A stretch of DNA of 64,000 bases, taken from assembly GCF_009834535.1 (NCBI RefSeq), contig NC_045697.1, positions 89,964,001 to 90,028,000 of the forward strand, written 5' to 3'. The notes under the pieces are model-generated. The model searched no databases. It worked only from the letters and a program-made list of their open reading frames with translations, and was not told the DNA's origin. Made by a program: the position numbers and the translations under genes. Shown in pieces: positions 26,594 to 39,535 of this stretch (within the stretch, counting starts at the first letter, position 1; each line of letters opens with the position of its first letter). This stretch comes from Camelus ferus (Eukaryota).

Positions 26594-28649
26594 CTAACAA
26601 AGATACACAAAGAGGCATGAAACTGAATTTGAAGGAATAAATGTGAGGCCAGTAATAAAATTACTGGTCAATTATAAAGTTAAAGGGAAGTGACTTATTC
26701 ATTCATCTCTGTATTATCATATCATTAAGCAAATGGCCGACTTACACCACTCTTTCTTCCCTTAATAGCAAATTGATAGGATAAATTTTAGAACACACTC
26801 AAAATAAACAATATTCATTTTCAGTGGCAGCCAACAATTTGGAGAGGAGGGAGCATAACACTGTCCTATACATGAAAACTGAGATGAGGAGCTAAATGTA
26901 TTTACTAACTCCCAAGTAGAATCAATTTTCTTTTCTTGGCTATATTCTAACAGCTGATGCTTGACTCAGCATCACCAAGCAGCACCATAGACCTTGCCTA
27001 TGTTAAACACTAAGAATATTTCTTTTCTACGAGTTGTTTTTATTAAAAGTAATAATTCTGGTCTTACTTAAGAGAGTAAGATGGTTACCTTTGCTTTTAT
27101 AAAAATGTTAAAGAGGAAAAGCCAACCAGACTTGAATACAGAAACGGGAAGATATAAAACTGTAAGGTTTAGAATCTATGCTATTATCCGCATAGAAAGA
27201 GTTAAGAGAAAAGTTATGTGGATTTGGATAGTCATATAAATGAATTGATATTAAGGAAAGACTAGGAATTCACCAAAAAGAACTGGATAAAATTTCATTA
27301 CAAATAGAGGAAGCAATATATACAGGTACCAAGGTAGGGGACAAACATGGCTTGTTCAGCAAACCTGTGTATTTTGTTGTGACTAAAGATGAGAGACTGT
27401 GTGGTAGAAATGTAGAAGATTACAAGAGAAGTATAAGAACATATTAGAAAGTATTCCTTTCAAAAAAGTCTGTGCTTTATTTTCTAGCAGTGCAATTCCC
27501 AAACTATTCTATAGATAGCCCTTTTAATCTACAAATGTCCAATATGAATTTTCAAGAAATAATTATATAATGCAGAATTTCCTAAACTTACAATGTGTAA
27601 CCCATCTACAATTGGGCAGTATCTTCAAATTGATAGGTCCATTCTCTGTGGCAGTGTTGCTTTTTAATGCCTCCCCCAGAAAAAAAAGTTTTTGTTGCTT
27701 TAATAGATCATGTGTTATAAAATCTAAGGAGTTGTGTAAAATAGAAAGAATACAACGTTTGGCTATGCAATTTTCCTCTGTTTAACATCTATTAATAACT
27801 TACTGAACTAGTGTTACTTTATATAATTTAGAACAAAGTACTGCAGGAATTAGTTTCAAGCTTTGTTTAGTGGGTACTATAACTTCTACCTCACAAGGCT
27901 AACTTAACCACTGCTATATATATATTTTTAAATGGGTAAGTTTGGGCAGTAAAGACCATAATAATTTCTCCAGAGTCTAATACCCTCTTTGGGAGACTCA
28001 GTTAAACACCACCAGCTGATAAAATATTATCTCACAAGTGCTATCATATTATAGAAATAGTCCTAGTAGAAAACCAAATTCCTGATTTTCATGTTCTACA
28101 TCTTATTTAGGGGGAATTAATTAATTTCTCCCGGGTCCAGCTTTTCTACCTTATAGGGATTTTGAAAGTAATGTATGCGTGTATGTTGGTTGGTGGGGGA
28201 GGAAATTAAGGAAGAGAGTAAGAAATCAGTTGATATTTGAATTATATTACTTTAAAACTGAAATTAATTATATTCAATACAAAACTTATTGTATGATTTC
28301 ATAAATGGATTACATATATTGTATCCTTGGATCAGAAGAAAGGGAATAACCCTGAAGCTAGGAAGAGCCTACACGTTTTCACATCATGAAATCTAAATGA
28401 ATCTATAGCCCTTCCTGCACTGACACTAGCAATATGAAACCCAAGCAATGTGGAGAGGAAGGCACTGTGATAAGATGGCATCCTTAGGGAATTTACTGTT
28501 TTATGAAAAAGACTGACCTGGGACTGGTTTTGAATAGGTATAGTCAGTATTTATCATGGGAAATGAGAGATACTGAATATAAAAAAAGGGTTGTAGACCC
28601 AGGTATATAAGTTTAATTCATTATAGTATTTGTCATTAAGATAACAAAG

Positions 28650-30089
28650 TGTGTTATATTTTTTTCTTATTATGAAGATCCTTTCAGCTTGAAACTACTC
28701 TTTTTGTCTCTGTTGATCTATATTTTACTGCAACAGAAAGTCACACTCTTTTACACAATTTGAATGCTTTTAATTGAGTACACAGAGGAGCCATAAGGAT
28801 AAATAATCACAAAGCCAGCAGAATGACATATTTTGCTATGATTTTAAAGTCATGTCTGGGAAATGCAGCTTGGTGCAGCCACTGTGGAAAACAGTATGAA
28901 GATTCCTCAAAAGACTAGGAATAGATTTACCATATGACCCAGAAATCCCAGTCCTGAGCATATAACCAGAAGGAACCCTACTTCAAAAAGACACCTGCAC
29001 CCCAATGTTCATAGCAGCACTATTTACAATAGCCAAAACATGGAAACAGCCTAAATGTCCATCAACAAATGACTGGATAAAGAAGATGTGGTATATTTAT
29101 ACAGTGGAATACTATTCAGCCATAAAAATGGCAACATAACGCCATTTGCAGCAACATGGATGTCCCTGGAGAATGTCATTCTAAGGGAAGTAAGCCAGAA
29201 AGAGAAAGAAAAATACCATGAGATCACTCATATGTGGAATCTAAAAAAAAAAGAACATAAATACAAAACAGAAACAGACTCACAGACACAGAATACAAAC
29301 TTGTGGTTGCCAGGTCAGAGGAGGGTGGAATGGGACAGACTGGGAGTTCTAAATTCGTAGATACTGACAGGCATATGTAGAATAGATAAACAAGATTACA
29401 CTGTATAGCACAGGGAAATATATACAAGATCTGGTGGTAGCTCACCACAAAAAAGAGTGCAACAATGAATATATGTCTGTTCATGTATAACTGAAAAATA
29501 GTGCTCTACACTGGAAATTGACACAACATTATAAACTGACCATAACTCAATAAAAAAAAAATTAAAAAAATAAAGTCATGTCTGACTTCATGTCTAAAAT
29601 CCATTTCCAGCAATCTTTGAGGATACACTCAACAAGTTCCCTGTGTATTTCACAAAGGAATACTGGCATGTACAGTCATAAGATTCTGGAAGATTTTGGA
29701 GTGAGTTTAGGACTGAATCATCCTAGCATCTTTCCTTCTGCTTCCAGCCTACAAAGCATAGATGTGAGTGAACACAGCAGATTGCTGGAAAGGTCAGCAG
29801 AGTTAAAACCAGGTCTCTCAAGGTGAGGTTGCATCTAAGATATTTGTCATATTATTCACTGACATGGCTAGTAAAACATTATTCAGGCTAACATGTGTCC
29901 TATTGTGATTGCCTTTCTTAACATATAAATAAATATCATAGTCCCTAAGAATTGTTTTATACATAGAGTCATATTCATTTTCATGGTACCACCAGTTGGG
30001 TACTTTATTAATCACAGGCAAAAGTTACTAAGAGTAGTTGAGATCCAGTTTCTGACCACAACCAACATAAAATCTAGCTAAACATGTAC
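28650..30089 (-). pseudogene. Large pseudo-exon interrupted by an L1: TCLARFYVGCGQKLDLNYS**LLPVINKVPNWWYHENEYDSMYKTILRDYDIYLYVKKGNHNRTHVSLNNVLLAMSVNNM...RLLEMDFRHEVRHD[L1][21 protein letters not shown]...; 3' end approximate
   Basis: ataattcatttccttagcag| acceptor; 67-aa ORF 29818-30021 in the phase-1 frame; reading continues across the L1 once one TSD copy is removed. Confidence 0.6.
28859..29571 (+). mobile_element. Young 5'-truncated L1 (camelid-like 3' UTR) with poly(A) and 13-bp TSD
   Basis: TSD aaagtcatgtctg at 28846-28858 and 29572-29584, TTTT/AAAG endonuclease site, ORF2 C-terminus PFAATWMSLENVILREVSQKEK, A-rich tail. Confidence 0.95.
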
Positions 30090-30926
30090 CTGCTAAGGAA
30101 ATGAATTATCAAAGTAAGGTAGCATGAGTTTATGTAAATGAGAATAAGTATAGAGCAAGTAATGGAACAGTCATTTGGGTTTGCTGAATATGAAGCAGGA
30201 AGAATTTGATACTGTGAAAAGCAAAGAGAAAATAAAAGGATTGCCATTTGCAATTGCAAAGAAGAAAAATGCAAGATTGAGAAGTAGAAAATATCACTGA
30301 AAATAAGGACAATATGATAGTTTGAAACTGACAATCAACAGAAGCAGAACTAATTACCCTCTGAATATGACAAATTTAAAGTAAAGCTAGTTGTTCTATT
30401 CTAAAAATGCAGTATCATCTTCTTTTTTAAGAACCTCTATTGTGGTATGGTTCCTATACAGTAAACTACATATATTTCAGATGTACAATTTGATGAATTT
30501 TGATAGATGTATACACCAATGAAACCACCACCACAATCAAGACAGCTAACATTTCCATCAGTCTCTATGAGGTACAAATTTTAAATTCCCAATTTATCCC
30601 TTCCCACTCCCTTCAGCCCCTGGTAATCATAAGTTTGTTCTTTATGTCTGTGAGTATTACCTTCTACACACACACAAAAAGTCACAGAATTAAAAACAAA
30701 TCTGGAAACATTCTTCACATTCAAGTGCTATAAATTCTCTAAAAGAGTGCTTAGGTACAGAAAGAGAAGACAGGAAAGGCCATGAGGTTATGGGATGGTT
30801 AGTGGGTTATCTTTCAATAGATTTGAAATATATTACAAAGGTCTTTAAATCAGTGTTTGTAAGTAAAATATAAAATAGAAGGAAGTATATGTAAAGGTAA
30901 GTATCTAAGCTTTTTTCTGGCATTAT

Positions 30927-31124
30927 CTTAGAGTCAATTTTTATCAGCAACAAACACACACAAATCAGTTTCATCATTTCTGTGTGACATTCTGGGACAA
31001 AAATGTATATTATCCAGCTCATATATGTTTCCCGTTGATGAAACATGTATCCAAAGGACTTCAAGCCATTTCAAAAATATATAAAATCCACAAAAGACTA
31101 ATAATTACTGTCACTGGAATTATC
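30927..31124 (-). pseudogene. Pseudo-exon, DNSSDSNY*SFVDFIYF*NGLKSFGYMFHQRETY...
   Basis: tctgctgcattttttcag| acceptor; donor mutated AAG|Ataatg; probable internal frameshift. Confidence 0.5.
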
Positions 31125-32070
31125 CTGAAAAAATGCAGCAGAATCTAAAAAGCAATGTAAAGAAGCAAAGACAGTGTAATTAACTAAGCTTATAATACCC
31201 TAAAGCACCTACTTTGAAGGTAAAAAATATATTTGAATAAATAAATTTCATCATGATAGCTTTAAAAAATTACTCATTTCACTTAGTGTTTCTACCTTTT
31301 ATTTTTAAGGCAGAAAAAAGCAGACAAGTTTTCACTCTCTGACAATTTCTTTTGAAAAGAGTTAGGATATTACCTAAGTTTAATTTTAAAACTGTATCCT
31401 TTATTTTTCACAAATCTGTGAGTTAATTCCTAAGATAAATAGTGTGCCTTTCACTCTTTTACTTTATATTCCTTTTTCTTCTAACTTTCCTTAGCTTTAC
31501 ATGGTCAAGATCTGGTTTTCCTTTCAAGTAGCCTGAGGAATTAAGTTTCGTCATGGTTCATGAAACCAGAAAGCTAACTTCAAAATCTTCTTACCCTAAA
31601 CAGATTGCATACAGGTTAGGAACTTCAAACAAAATAATCAGCAATATGTTTTCAATTCTGGAGGGGCTGCAATGAGGTCTGCAGTCAATGACACAGTCTT
31701 GTCTAGTCTGTCGCTGTGGGTAATGGTGCAGAAAAAAACAATATATGATGCATGACAGATGAAGAGTGAAGGCTGAGAATCAAAACAGACGGAGTACTTT
31801 ATTCACAGAGCAACTGAGCTACAGTAATCAATTTACCTATGACCAGGTGGGTTTTAGAAGGAGAAAATTCTAGGGACTGACTGCCTTCTCATCTTGGGAA
31901 TCATAGGATCCTGCTGACAAAGATGGCAAAAAAAAAAAAGCAAAAAAAAAAAACCAGGAGAATTCTGATCACTCCCTGACAGGAGGACCTAGACTTCTTC
32001 ATCAGCAGGCACCTGGTCCCCTTAAATAAAAGAAGGTTTCTTTAGGCATTAGAGAAAACATTTACTTCAC

Positions 32071-32234
32071 CCAGTGTCAGACTGCAATGATGCTCAACAT
32101 TTCCAGACATTACGGGGATGGAGTTTAAATACACTCTCTCCAAGCAGAACCTTAGCTAAGACATAGGGCCTGTTTGGCACAGACTTCTCCCTGACGGAGT
32201 TCAGTGTGCTGTCCTCCACCCTCACACTCCTATG
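32071..32234 (-). pseudogene. Candidate pseudo-exon, HRSVRVEDSTLNSVREKSVPNRPYVLAKVLLGESVFKLHPRNVWKC*ASLQSDT
   Basis: Long poly-T tract + ccccag| acceptor, phase 0, one stop; donor ambiguous (32065 or 32070). Confidence 0.35.
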
Positions 32235-34254
32235 CTGGGGGATAATGGAAAAAAAAAAAAAAAAAAAAAAAAAGACTGTCAATTTTCTCATTACTATCAA
32301 GTTTCCAAACCATTTTTAGAAACCTCCTAGGCTGAAGGGTGTAAAAAAGGTATGCAAATATTGCTCCAGTTTAACTCTAAAACTACGGCAAAGTTATCAG
32401 AGTCCTTAATAGTATATAAACACTTGAAGTGAAGGGCTGTCTTCCACAGTCCAAGAATTCTAAGGAACGGACACTGATTTTTTTTAAGGGGGATGGGGAG
32501 GAACTATGAGATTGTAGAAAAATCTATACACATTTAGTAGAGCCTCTCATTTGTTAAAAGTTTGACAACATTAGAAAAGATCTGTAAATTATGAGAGTAA
32601 TTTTTAAATTCAATGGTCTTCACACTGGTTTATAAATGACATGTGAAGATTACCACCATAATCTCACCAACAAAACTAGAAGAAATTTAACAGATAGAAG
32701 AGGAAAGTAGGATTATTTCTACATTAGATAAAATACTAGTTATCATAATACAGACTATTAAAACACAGGGCTTAAAGTGGAGTAAGAGTAGTTGATGATC
32801 ATGAAATATCTCCAGCCTGACTTGTTTATCTTTAGAAACCTCTCTCTTAGGTCCTAGAGAAAACAAGACGATTAAGATACTAATTACCTGGTCCCTGCTT
32901 CTATTTCACTCCCTCACCCTGTAGCCACTCTAGAATTTATAATCTTGCAGGGGAGAGACTTTGATATGTAAGCAGGTACATTCAGTAAAATACGGCAATT
33001 TTTATAATAAAAACATGAGTGGGGTATTTACACTTTAGGAATTAGGAGTCTTCCAGGAGGTATCGTTTGACCTAAACCATAAAGCCTAGAAGAGAACCAA
33101 GGGATGTAAGGTCAGCGAAGCTCATTGGGCTACTTGGATGAGGGAAAATTTAATTTACAGAATTAATATCCATGAGGATCAGTCAGACTGCGTGGCACAT
33201 AATCACTTAAAATTTGACATGATGTTAAGCCTGTATCCTGAATGCTTATAGCACAAGAGACTTTGAAGCAATATTCAATTTTCAATGGTTAGCAGTGAGT
33301 ACTGGGGAGACAGAAAGAGGTGTATGACTTCTCTTTTTCTAAACTGATGTTCATTTCATTTAAAATACACTTTATACACAAAATTAAATATCATTCATTG
33401 AATGTTACTCATCAAAATGGTAAGCTATGACTTTTATGTACTCCCTTGTTATCCTTCCAATCTCAAATCACAGAAAGTTCAACTTTCAAACTCTAATAGC
33501 ATATAAACTTTTCATTCACACTGGTTTGATTGGTTAATAGTTATTGGTAGATTCACAGCACAAAACTGCTGCTTTGTTGGTTTTTAATATCACATCTACA
33601 AACATACCTAAAATGAACAATCAATTCTTCCATTTATTAACATGATTTTTAGAGATAGGCCTGATATAAAAATACAGCAACAAATTCAAATGGGTACGAT
33701 TAAAGTAAAATCATCTTAAGTTGGAATCACATGAGCAGCTGGACAAAGCTAGCTTACAGAAAAGTCTCCCTCTCAATTCTGAAAACATATACATACAAAA
33801 TAGCGCAATTCCCCACTCAATGTCCCTCTCAATGTATCATCCTATCCCTTTAAGCATCTCTTTTATTATTCCTTTCTCCTCATACCTTAGCAATTTATCC
33901 TACATATGTGTCTATTTATTCTAAAGGGTATTACAAAATACATCCCTCAGGGTTCTTCTGTAACTTAACAGCTAGATGAATTTCAGGGTAAATACAGCTT
34001 CATACACTAGGAGGTGTGAAGCTGTGTGAGAAATTTCAGAGAAAATGTTTTTCACACTAAAACATTTTAGAGAATCTCTCACATGCAAATAGACTAAGGA
34101 AAAAAAAAACAGAAGAGTATTCATACCTATTTAAAAAAATGTACTAAACTAGAGGACCTTAATCTTGAGGGATTTGTACTTTTGGTAAAGAAAACATGAC
34201 ATATTTTGCAGTTTTAAAGAGTAAATTTTACATTATAAATGTCATACGACTTAC

Positions 34255-34376
34255 TCATTCTGGTGAAGTCATTCTTTGAAGATTCATTAATCTTGCCAGT
34301 CATATGAGTCCTCAGTCCATTTTACAAGGCTTTTCTAAATTCAAGGACCATTTCTCAGTTACTAAATAGAACTTTA
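34255..34376 (-). pseudogene. Pseudo-exon, KFYLVTEKWSLNLEKPCKMD*GLI*LARLMNLQRMTSPE*
   Basis: gaatatttttcag| acceptor, GA|gtaagt donor, phase 1-0; all three stops are TGA (possible CGA decay). Confidence 0.5.
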
Positions 34377-35650
34377 CTGAAAAATATTCAAGCCCTTCTA
34401 AAGGGTACAAAATGTATCCCTATATAAAACAAGGGGAACATTCACAAATAATATATAAATATATGAATCATAACCGTGTCACACCACGAATGTATTAACT
34501 TAAAAAAATCTTAAGATCACTTGAAGAACATAATAAGATATAAGAAGCTGGATTTAATAGTAATATTTCATATATATACATCCTCTCTATTATTTTCATC
34601 TTGTTTCTCAAACTAAGCTTTAAATGCCTCACAGGTTATAAGTACTGCCCTCAGGGACCGCTGTGATCTCCATCGTACACGGCACTAGAGAAATATCAGG
34701 AACATAGGAGGTTCTCCGTAAGTGTTATTTATTTGGAATGTAGCTTATACGTTAGTTGCCATAGTGTGATACTGTATAAAACATTTAAAATAAATTTACC
34801 TTCATTTAAAACTTATTTTACATGTATTTTCATATATTATGAATCATATCATTCAGAAATAGCTTAAGTAAATAGATTGCATTTGAGTTATTTAGTTGTT
34901 TGAGGGGCCATAACATCTATTTTTAGTTTGATTTAATCTTTAGTTATGCAGACTGTTGCTTTGGCTTTGAGTACAGCCAAGAAGGTTCATTCTGAATAAA
35001 AACTACTCCTGGAAACTAGTATCTTCACTTCAAAACCAGCAGGGCTATTGTCTTATGCCCTATATTTCAGAGAAGTTATACAGCTATATTTTAACCTGAA
35101 TTGCAAATCAGCTTAAACAAAGTTGTAAAAACTGTTTGGAGATATGCTTGTAAACAGTTATTTTACAATACTAAAGTTATTTTACAATATAATTAGTTTA
35201 GAGTGGCTGAAATGATATTTGCAGTTAATGGTACAGATTCAGTATTCTTAGGTGAAAAGAAACAATGAAGAGGGAGCAGACCCTCCCTTCTTAAGCAATT
35301 CACCTGACAAAGAGAATAAAATTAAACTTCACGTTCCCTCAAAATCCACATCCAAGCAGGAGAATGTATAAAGGCAAATCCTGTGTCCTCTGTATTAAAC
35401 TTCTGTGTCTGGTATTCAAAGAAAACTGAAATCTTTTCATTGAAAATTGCAACGACCTTCCTGAAGATTTTTATGCCCAAAATAGTAATGGGAAAGTGAA
35501 GTGTTTACAAATTAATGTTTTGGGCTGAGAATAAACTAGAACACATGGATAAAAGCAGATATTCCTAACACCTCAATTTGTTCTACATTTTTTTTTTTTT
35601 TTGCTTAGAAGTCAACAGACCTAAAGACAAGTTCAACTTCTAACACTTAA

Positions 35651-36077
35651 CTGTGACTGTTTCAAAGTCTTTCACTCTATCCATGCCCCCGATCTCCTCA
35701 TCTTTGTAAGCAAAGGTCTTTGAAGAATAGTATCTGTACATCAGATAACTGCATCATCAACTGGGTTTTCACCTGCACAATCAAAGACTGCTGAGGGGTT
35801 GGTGGGGTGGTTTCACACGAGGAGGAGGACTCCGAGAGGCTACAGAACCTGCTGCAGTGACTCCTGCAGGCAGCTCCCCCGAGGGGGCAGGGCATGTGAA
35901 GCGTGTCGTGGAGGGAGGCACACGGCAGGCGGACCGGCGGGACAGGCAGAGCATGAGAACATCTGGAGGAACAGGCCTGTGGGAGTTAGGGAAAAGTGTC
36001 CCCCTGGCTTCTGCCAAGGGTCTGGCGAGTCTCAACTATCATCTATAATCAGCACCATCGAGGGAAGGAATCACAGG
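35651..36077 (-). pseudogene. Pseudo-exon, PVIPSLDGADYR**LRLARPLAEARGTLFPNSHRPVPPDVLML...FAYKDEEIGGMDRVKDFETVT
   Basis: Very strong acceptor ctccacttctttatctttag|; donor mutated CAG|Ttaagt; 427 nt phase 0-1 fits both neighbours; GC-rich. Confidence 0.55.
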
Positions 36078-36782
36078 CTAAAGATAAAGAAGTGGAGCAT
36101 GATGACAGGAAGAGAGGCCAAAGGGAGCGAGCAAAATAAGGTGAAAAAGTAAAGAAATCATGTTTGTAGCTCTATTTAGTCACTTGCAAGACTACAGGAT
36201 GGAACAAAGTAAAGAAGAGTGAAAGTAAGAAAGTCTACGGGACTTCTGGAAGGAAAGGAAGACCACAAAGAGCATTTTAGGAAGCTGCACTTCAAAGGGC
36301 ACCAGAGCAGCTGTTTAGCAAGGGCTTTGTGAAGGGAGCCATTAATATCATGTGAATTCAAAGAAAATACAAGATTAATAGCAGCTGATATATATATATA
36401 TATGAGCTCTTAACATTTTGCCAAGTTCTGATCATTTGATATAAGTCAAATATGAGATAGGGAGATATTAGATCAGAATTTCAAACTGAAAAAGAAGTTA
36501 GTTTAATTATAGAATTGAGAGAGTGTTTGAGTCATATTGTGAACATTATGATGATTTTATTAATCAGATCTCAGATAGTTTATTTTTCTTTAGGAATAAA
36601 CAATGAAGATAGAGAAATTACAACTCGATTAAAGAAATTACTATGAAAATCATGTAAACGATTGAAATTTTTATTGAAAGGAAGACATCATGGCAGGGGG
36701 CTGATGGATTGAATTCAATGATGAAAACTGTCTAGCCTAGTGCTTAAAATATAACAGGTATTGACTCATCTTATCAACATAC

Positions 36783-36920
36783 AAAATTTAATATTTTATT
36801 GCACATAATTTGATATGGCTCCCATTCTATTCCCATTTCTGAAGTCACAGCATACATGGTCCTGTTCTCTACAGAAGTCAGGGGGTCTAAAAATAGATGT
36901 ACAGTGTCAGTGGACATGAA
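36783..36920 (-). pseudogene. Pseudo-exon, FMSTDTVHLFLDPLTSVENRTMYAVTSEMGIEWEPYQIMCNKILNF
   Basis: cttaatctctgccttccag| acceptor, TTT|gtatgt donor; 138 nt fully open, phase 0-0 between phase-0 neighbours. Confidence 0.65.
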
Positions 36921-38034
36921 CTGGAAGGCAGAGATTAAGCTGCACATTGTGAAAAATAAAGAAAAGAGTACAGTATTCATAGTGCAGTGAGCATAGAGAG
37001 GCCAGGATCAAAGAACATCGTGAATGCGAAAAGACAGGTGCCGGTATCTGGATATTGTATCCAGGAGTAGTAGGTCTCCACACTATGTACTCAAGAATAA
37101 GAAAAGGACATGATATGAGCTAGTCAAGACCCCAGTCCCATAAAGGCATACACCTAGGAAAAGATTTGAGTATAAGAAAATGTTTGGTGAGCCAGGATGA
37201 GGCAGAGTTGCAAAAATGAGAACCGTGTAAATGTCAGAGATGGCTAAGCAGAAGAGCTTTAGACTCAGTCTAACAGAATTGAACTAAAACTATTTTGACC
37301 TTTCATTTTAAAGCTAGAATTGCCTCTTATGACATAAGTGGAACTGAGCTTACAGGCTGCAATCAACCGGCACTGGCTGTGAAAAGAGTGGGTTTAAAAT
37401 CCTAGAAACTAGACAGGTCTTGAGGAACTGGATATTAATACTTTGAATCTTTATAAATGACTCTGGAAGTATGGGGAATTTAGCTCATCTTTTACAGTAT
37501 AAAAATACAGTACTATTAATGCAAAGTGCTTTAGGATTTTAGTTGGTTTTATAGATTAGGAGAGCAGCCAGTGATGGCCAAGGAAAGTTTGGGTTAAAAT
37601 TGACTTGCTAACACAGTAAGACTATAAACCAAAGACATACGAGAAGATAATGGTGGGACAAATGGGAAGGGTGAGGTAACGGAACAAGGGAGGAGGCCAA
37701 AAGCAGATGCAATGGACTGGTATGCTCAAAATCTTCAATTGAATGTTGGATTCAAGGTTTTCAAGTTCTTATGCTTCATAGCTTACATGTTGCATGCACA
37801 TTTTTGAATATTCAATAATAAATAATAAACACATTTGAAAATAAAATAGAAAAGTTAAAAAATGAACATGTGGACTTAAAGTTAATAAAGACAAAAGCAA
37901 AGGAAATAATTAAGTATAAACATGATCCTGTCTTCCCAAGACAGCCTCTGTTTCCACCTACTGTCTCAGTGTAATTATTAATAAAGTAACAGTGTTCCCT
38001 TTTATTCTCAAAAGTGCTTCGTTTTGAACACTTG

Positions 38035-38525
38035 TCCCCCATGATGGATTTCACCCTCATGACTAGATTATGTTACATGACATAGTTGGCTTTATAGAAG
38101 AGAGACTGTCTGGGATGCACCCAGCTTAATCAAGTGAGCCCTTAAAAGGGACAGGGCTCTTCTCAAAGAAAAGAGATTTGAAGTGTGACAGAGGTTTGAT
38201 ACAAGGGAAGATTGTTCCTTCCTTGTAAGACAGAGGGAGTCACATCACAAGGAATGTAGTGAGACTCTAGGAGCTGAGCTAAGCTCTTGGCCAACAGCAA
38301 ATAAGGACATTGATACCTCAGTCCTATAACCACAAGGAACTGAATTCTGCCATAACCATGTGACCTTGGAAGAGATCCCTGAGCACCAGGTGAGACTACA
38401 GTACTAGTCCCCTTTATTTCAGGCTCATAAGACCTGGAGTACACTATGCTCAGACTTCTGACCTACAAAATTATGAACTAATAAAGTAGCTAGGTTTGTG
38501 GTAATTCATTACACAGCAACTGAAC
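38035..38525 (+). mobile_element. MLT1 (MaLR) LTR nested in a short hAT-Blackjack MITE (37915-38543)
   Basis: gtccccc...gattatgttacatgac...aaggaactgaattctgcc...ttgtggtaattcattacacagcaac; MITE body resumes as aaatatggttacccta. Confidence 0.7.
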
Positions 38526-38772
38526 ACAAATATGGTTACCCTAAAAATACTTGAATATTCAAATTTTACTTTCAAGCTGTATGGTAGGGGAAAAAGTAGC
38601 AGAATTTTAAGTTTAAAAAAGGCACATATTTCAAAATTATAATCAATCAAGTCATGAAGGCTATATTAGTGATTTTGGCAAAATATAGGGATATGCAAGA
38701 GTAACAGGTCTTTCTGAAAACTGCAAACTCTTAGACCAAGCTGGTGACAAACAGCCACAATGCTTTACTTAC

Positions 38773-38813
38773 AAAATCTGACATTTCAGGTTTGGGATTT
38801 CTGGTTTGTGTGT
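38773..38813 (-). pseudogene. Candidate 41-nt pseudo-exon (THKPEIPNLKCQI or TQTRNPKPEMSDF)
   Basis: atatttcttgctag| acceptor and TT|gtaagt donor; length breaks phase with its neighbours by 1 nt. Confidence 0.35.
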
Positions 38814-39199
38814 CTAGCAAGAAATATTTCCATTTTATCACAGAAAATTCCAAGTTGGTCATACATTCAACCTGTGGTAAGTTGAAAAAAATAATAAAAT
38901 GAAGTTATAGTATAGCAATATAAGTACAGTACATTAGTAAAAGTTCATGTTATAAAATATGGTTATATTTATATTATGTTTATCTTTTTAACTAGAAAGA
39001 TATAGCTTAGACATAAAAGGAGGTATCTCTTATAAAACAGACCTAAAAATATATTCCTACTATTTAAATATCTCTGAAAGTTTGCTCTTATAGTTACATG
39101 AGGAAGACAGTTATTTAAAAGGATAAATAAAATACTGCAAGAGAGATATAATTCAGGTATTAAAGGAACAAAAACAAAGGAAGTAACAACTGAATTTAC

Positions 39200-39290
39200 C
39201 TGCAGAACTCCAGGAACATTATAAAGAACAGGTGAATTTTGAGCTGCATCTTTAAGGATTATGTTCCAAGGATTAACTGCCACCAAACAA
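39200..39290 (-). pseudogene. Pseudo-exon core, CLVAVNPWNIILKDAAQNSPVLYNVPGVLQ (may extend 5' to 39420)
   Basis: CTGCAG|gtaaat donor; only one frame open, continuing upstream as NNCDDLVSLTMPKNLDSILVS; ends phase 0. Confidence 0.55.
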
Positions 39291-39535
39291 CTGACCAAGA
39301 TAGAATCCAAATTCTTTGGCATGGTAAGAGATACAAGATCATCACAATTGTTTCTGATCTATTTTCACAGTCTCTTTCTAGTGAGCTACTCTTTCCTTCT
39401 ACACTACTTCTTTTATATATCTATATATAAACAATTTGATGTTCCTTGAATAAGCTAAGCCCTTCACAAATCCTTGCTTTTGTACATTTCTACATCTTCT
39501 ATTGATATTGTCAGCTTTTCAAATTTCTTCTAAGC

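Noticed and set aside
27804..27913. Exon-like block with CA|gtaagt donor
   Set aside because: Resembles a decayed MIR, whose consensus contains agtaagt
35186..35303. Strong minus-strand acceptor (ttttattctctttgtcag|GTGAATTGCTTAAG) in compatible phase
   Set aside because: Two early stops and no convincing donor; left uncalled pending homology
35799..36152. 117-aa plus-strand ORF as a gene or processed pseudogene
   Set aside because: No recognisable protein, poly(A) or TSD; explained by high GC and by the antisense pseudo-exon with a strong minus-strand acceptor
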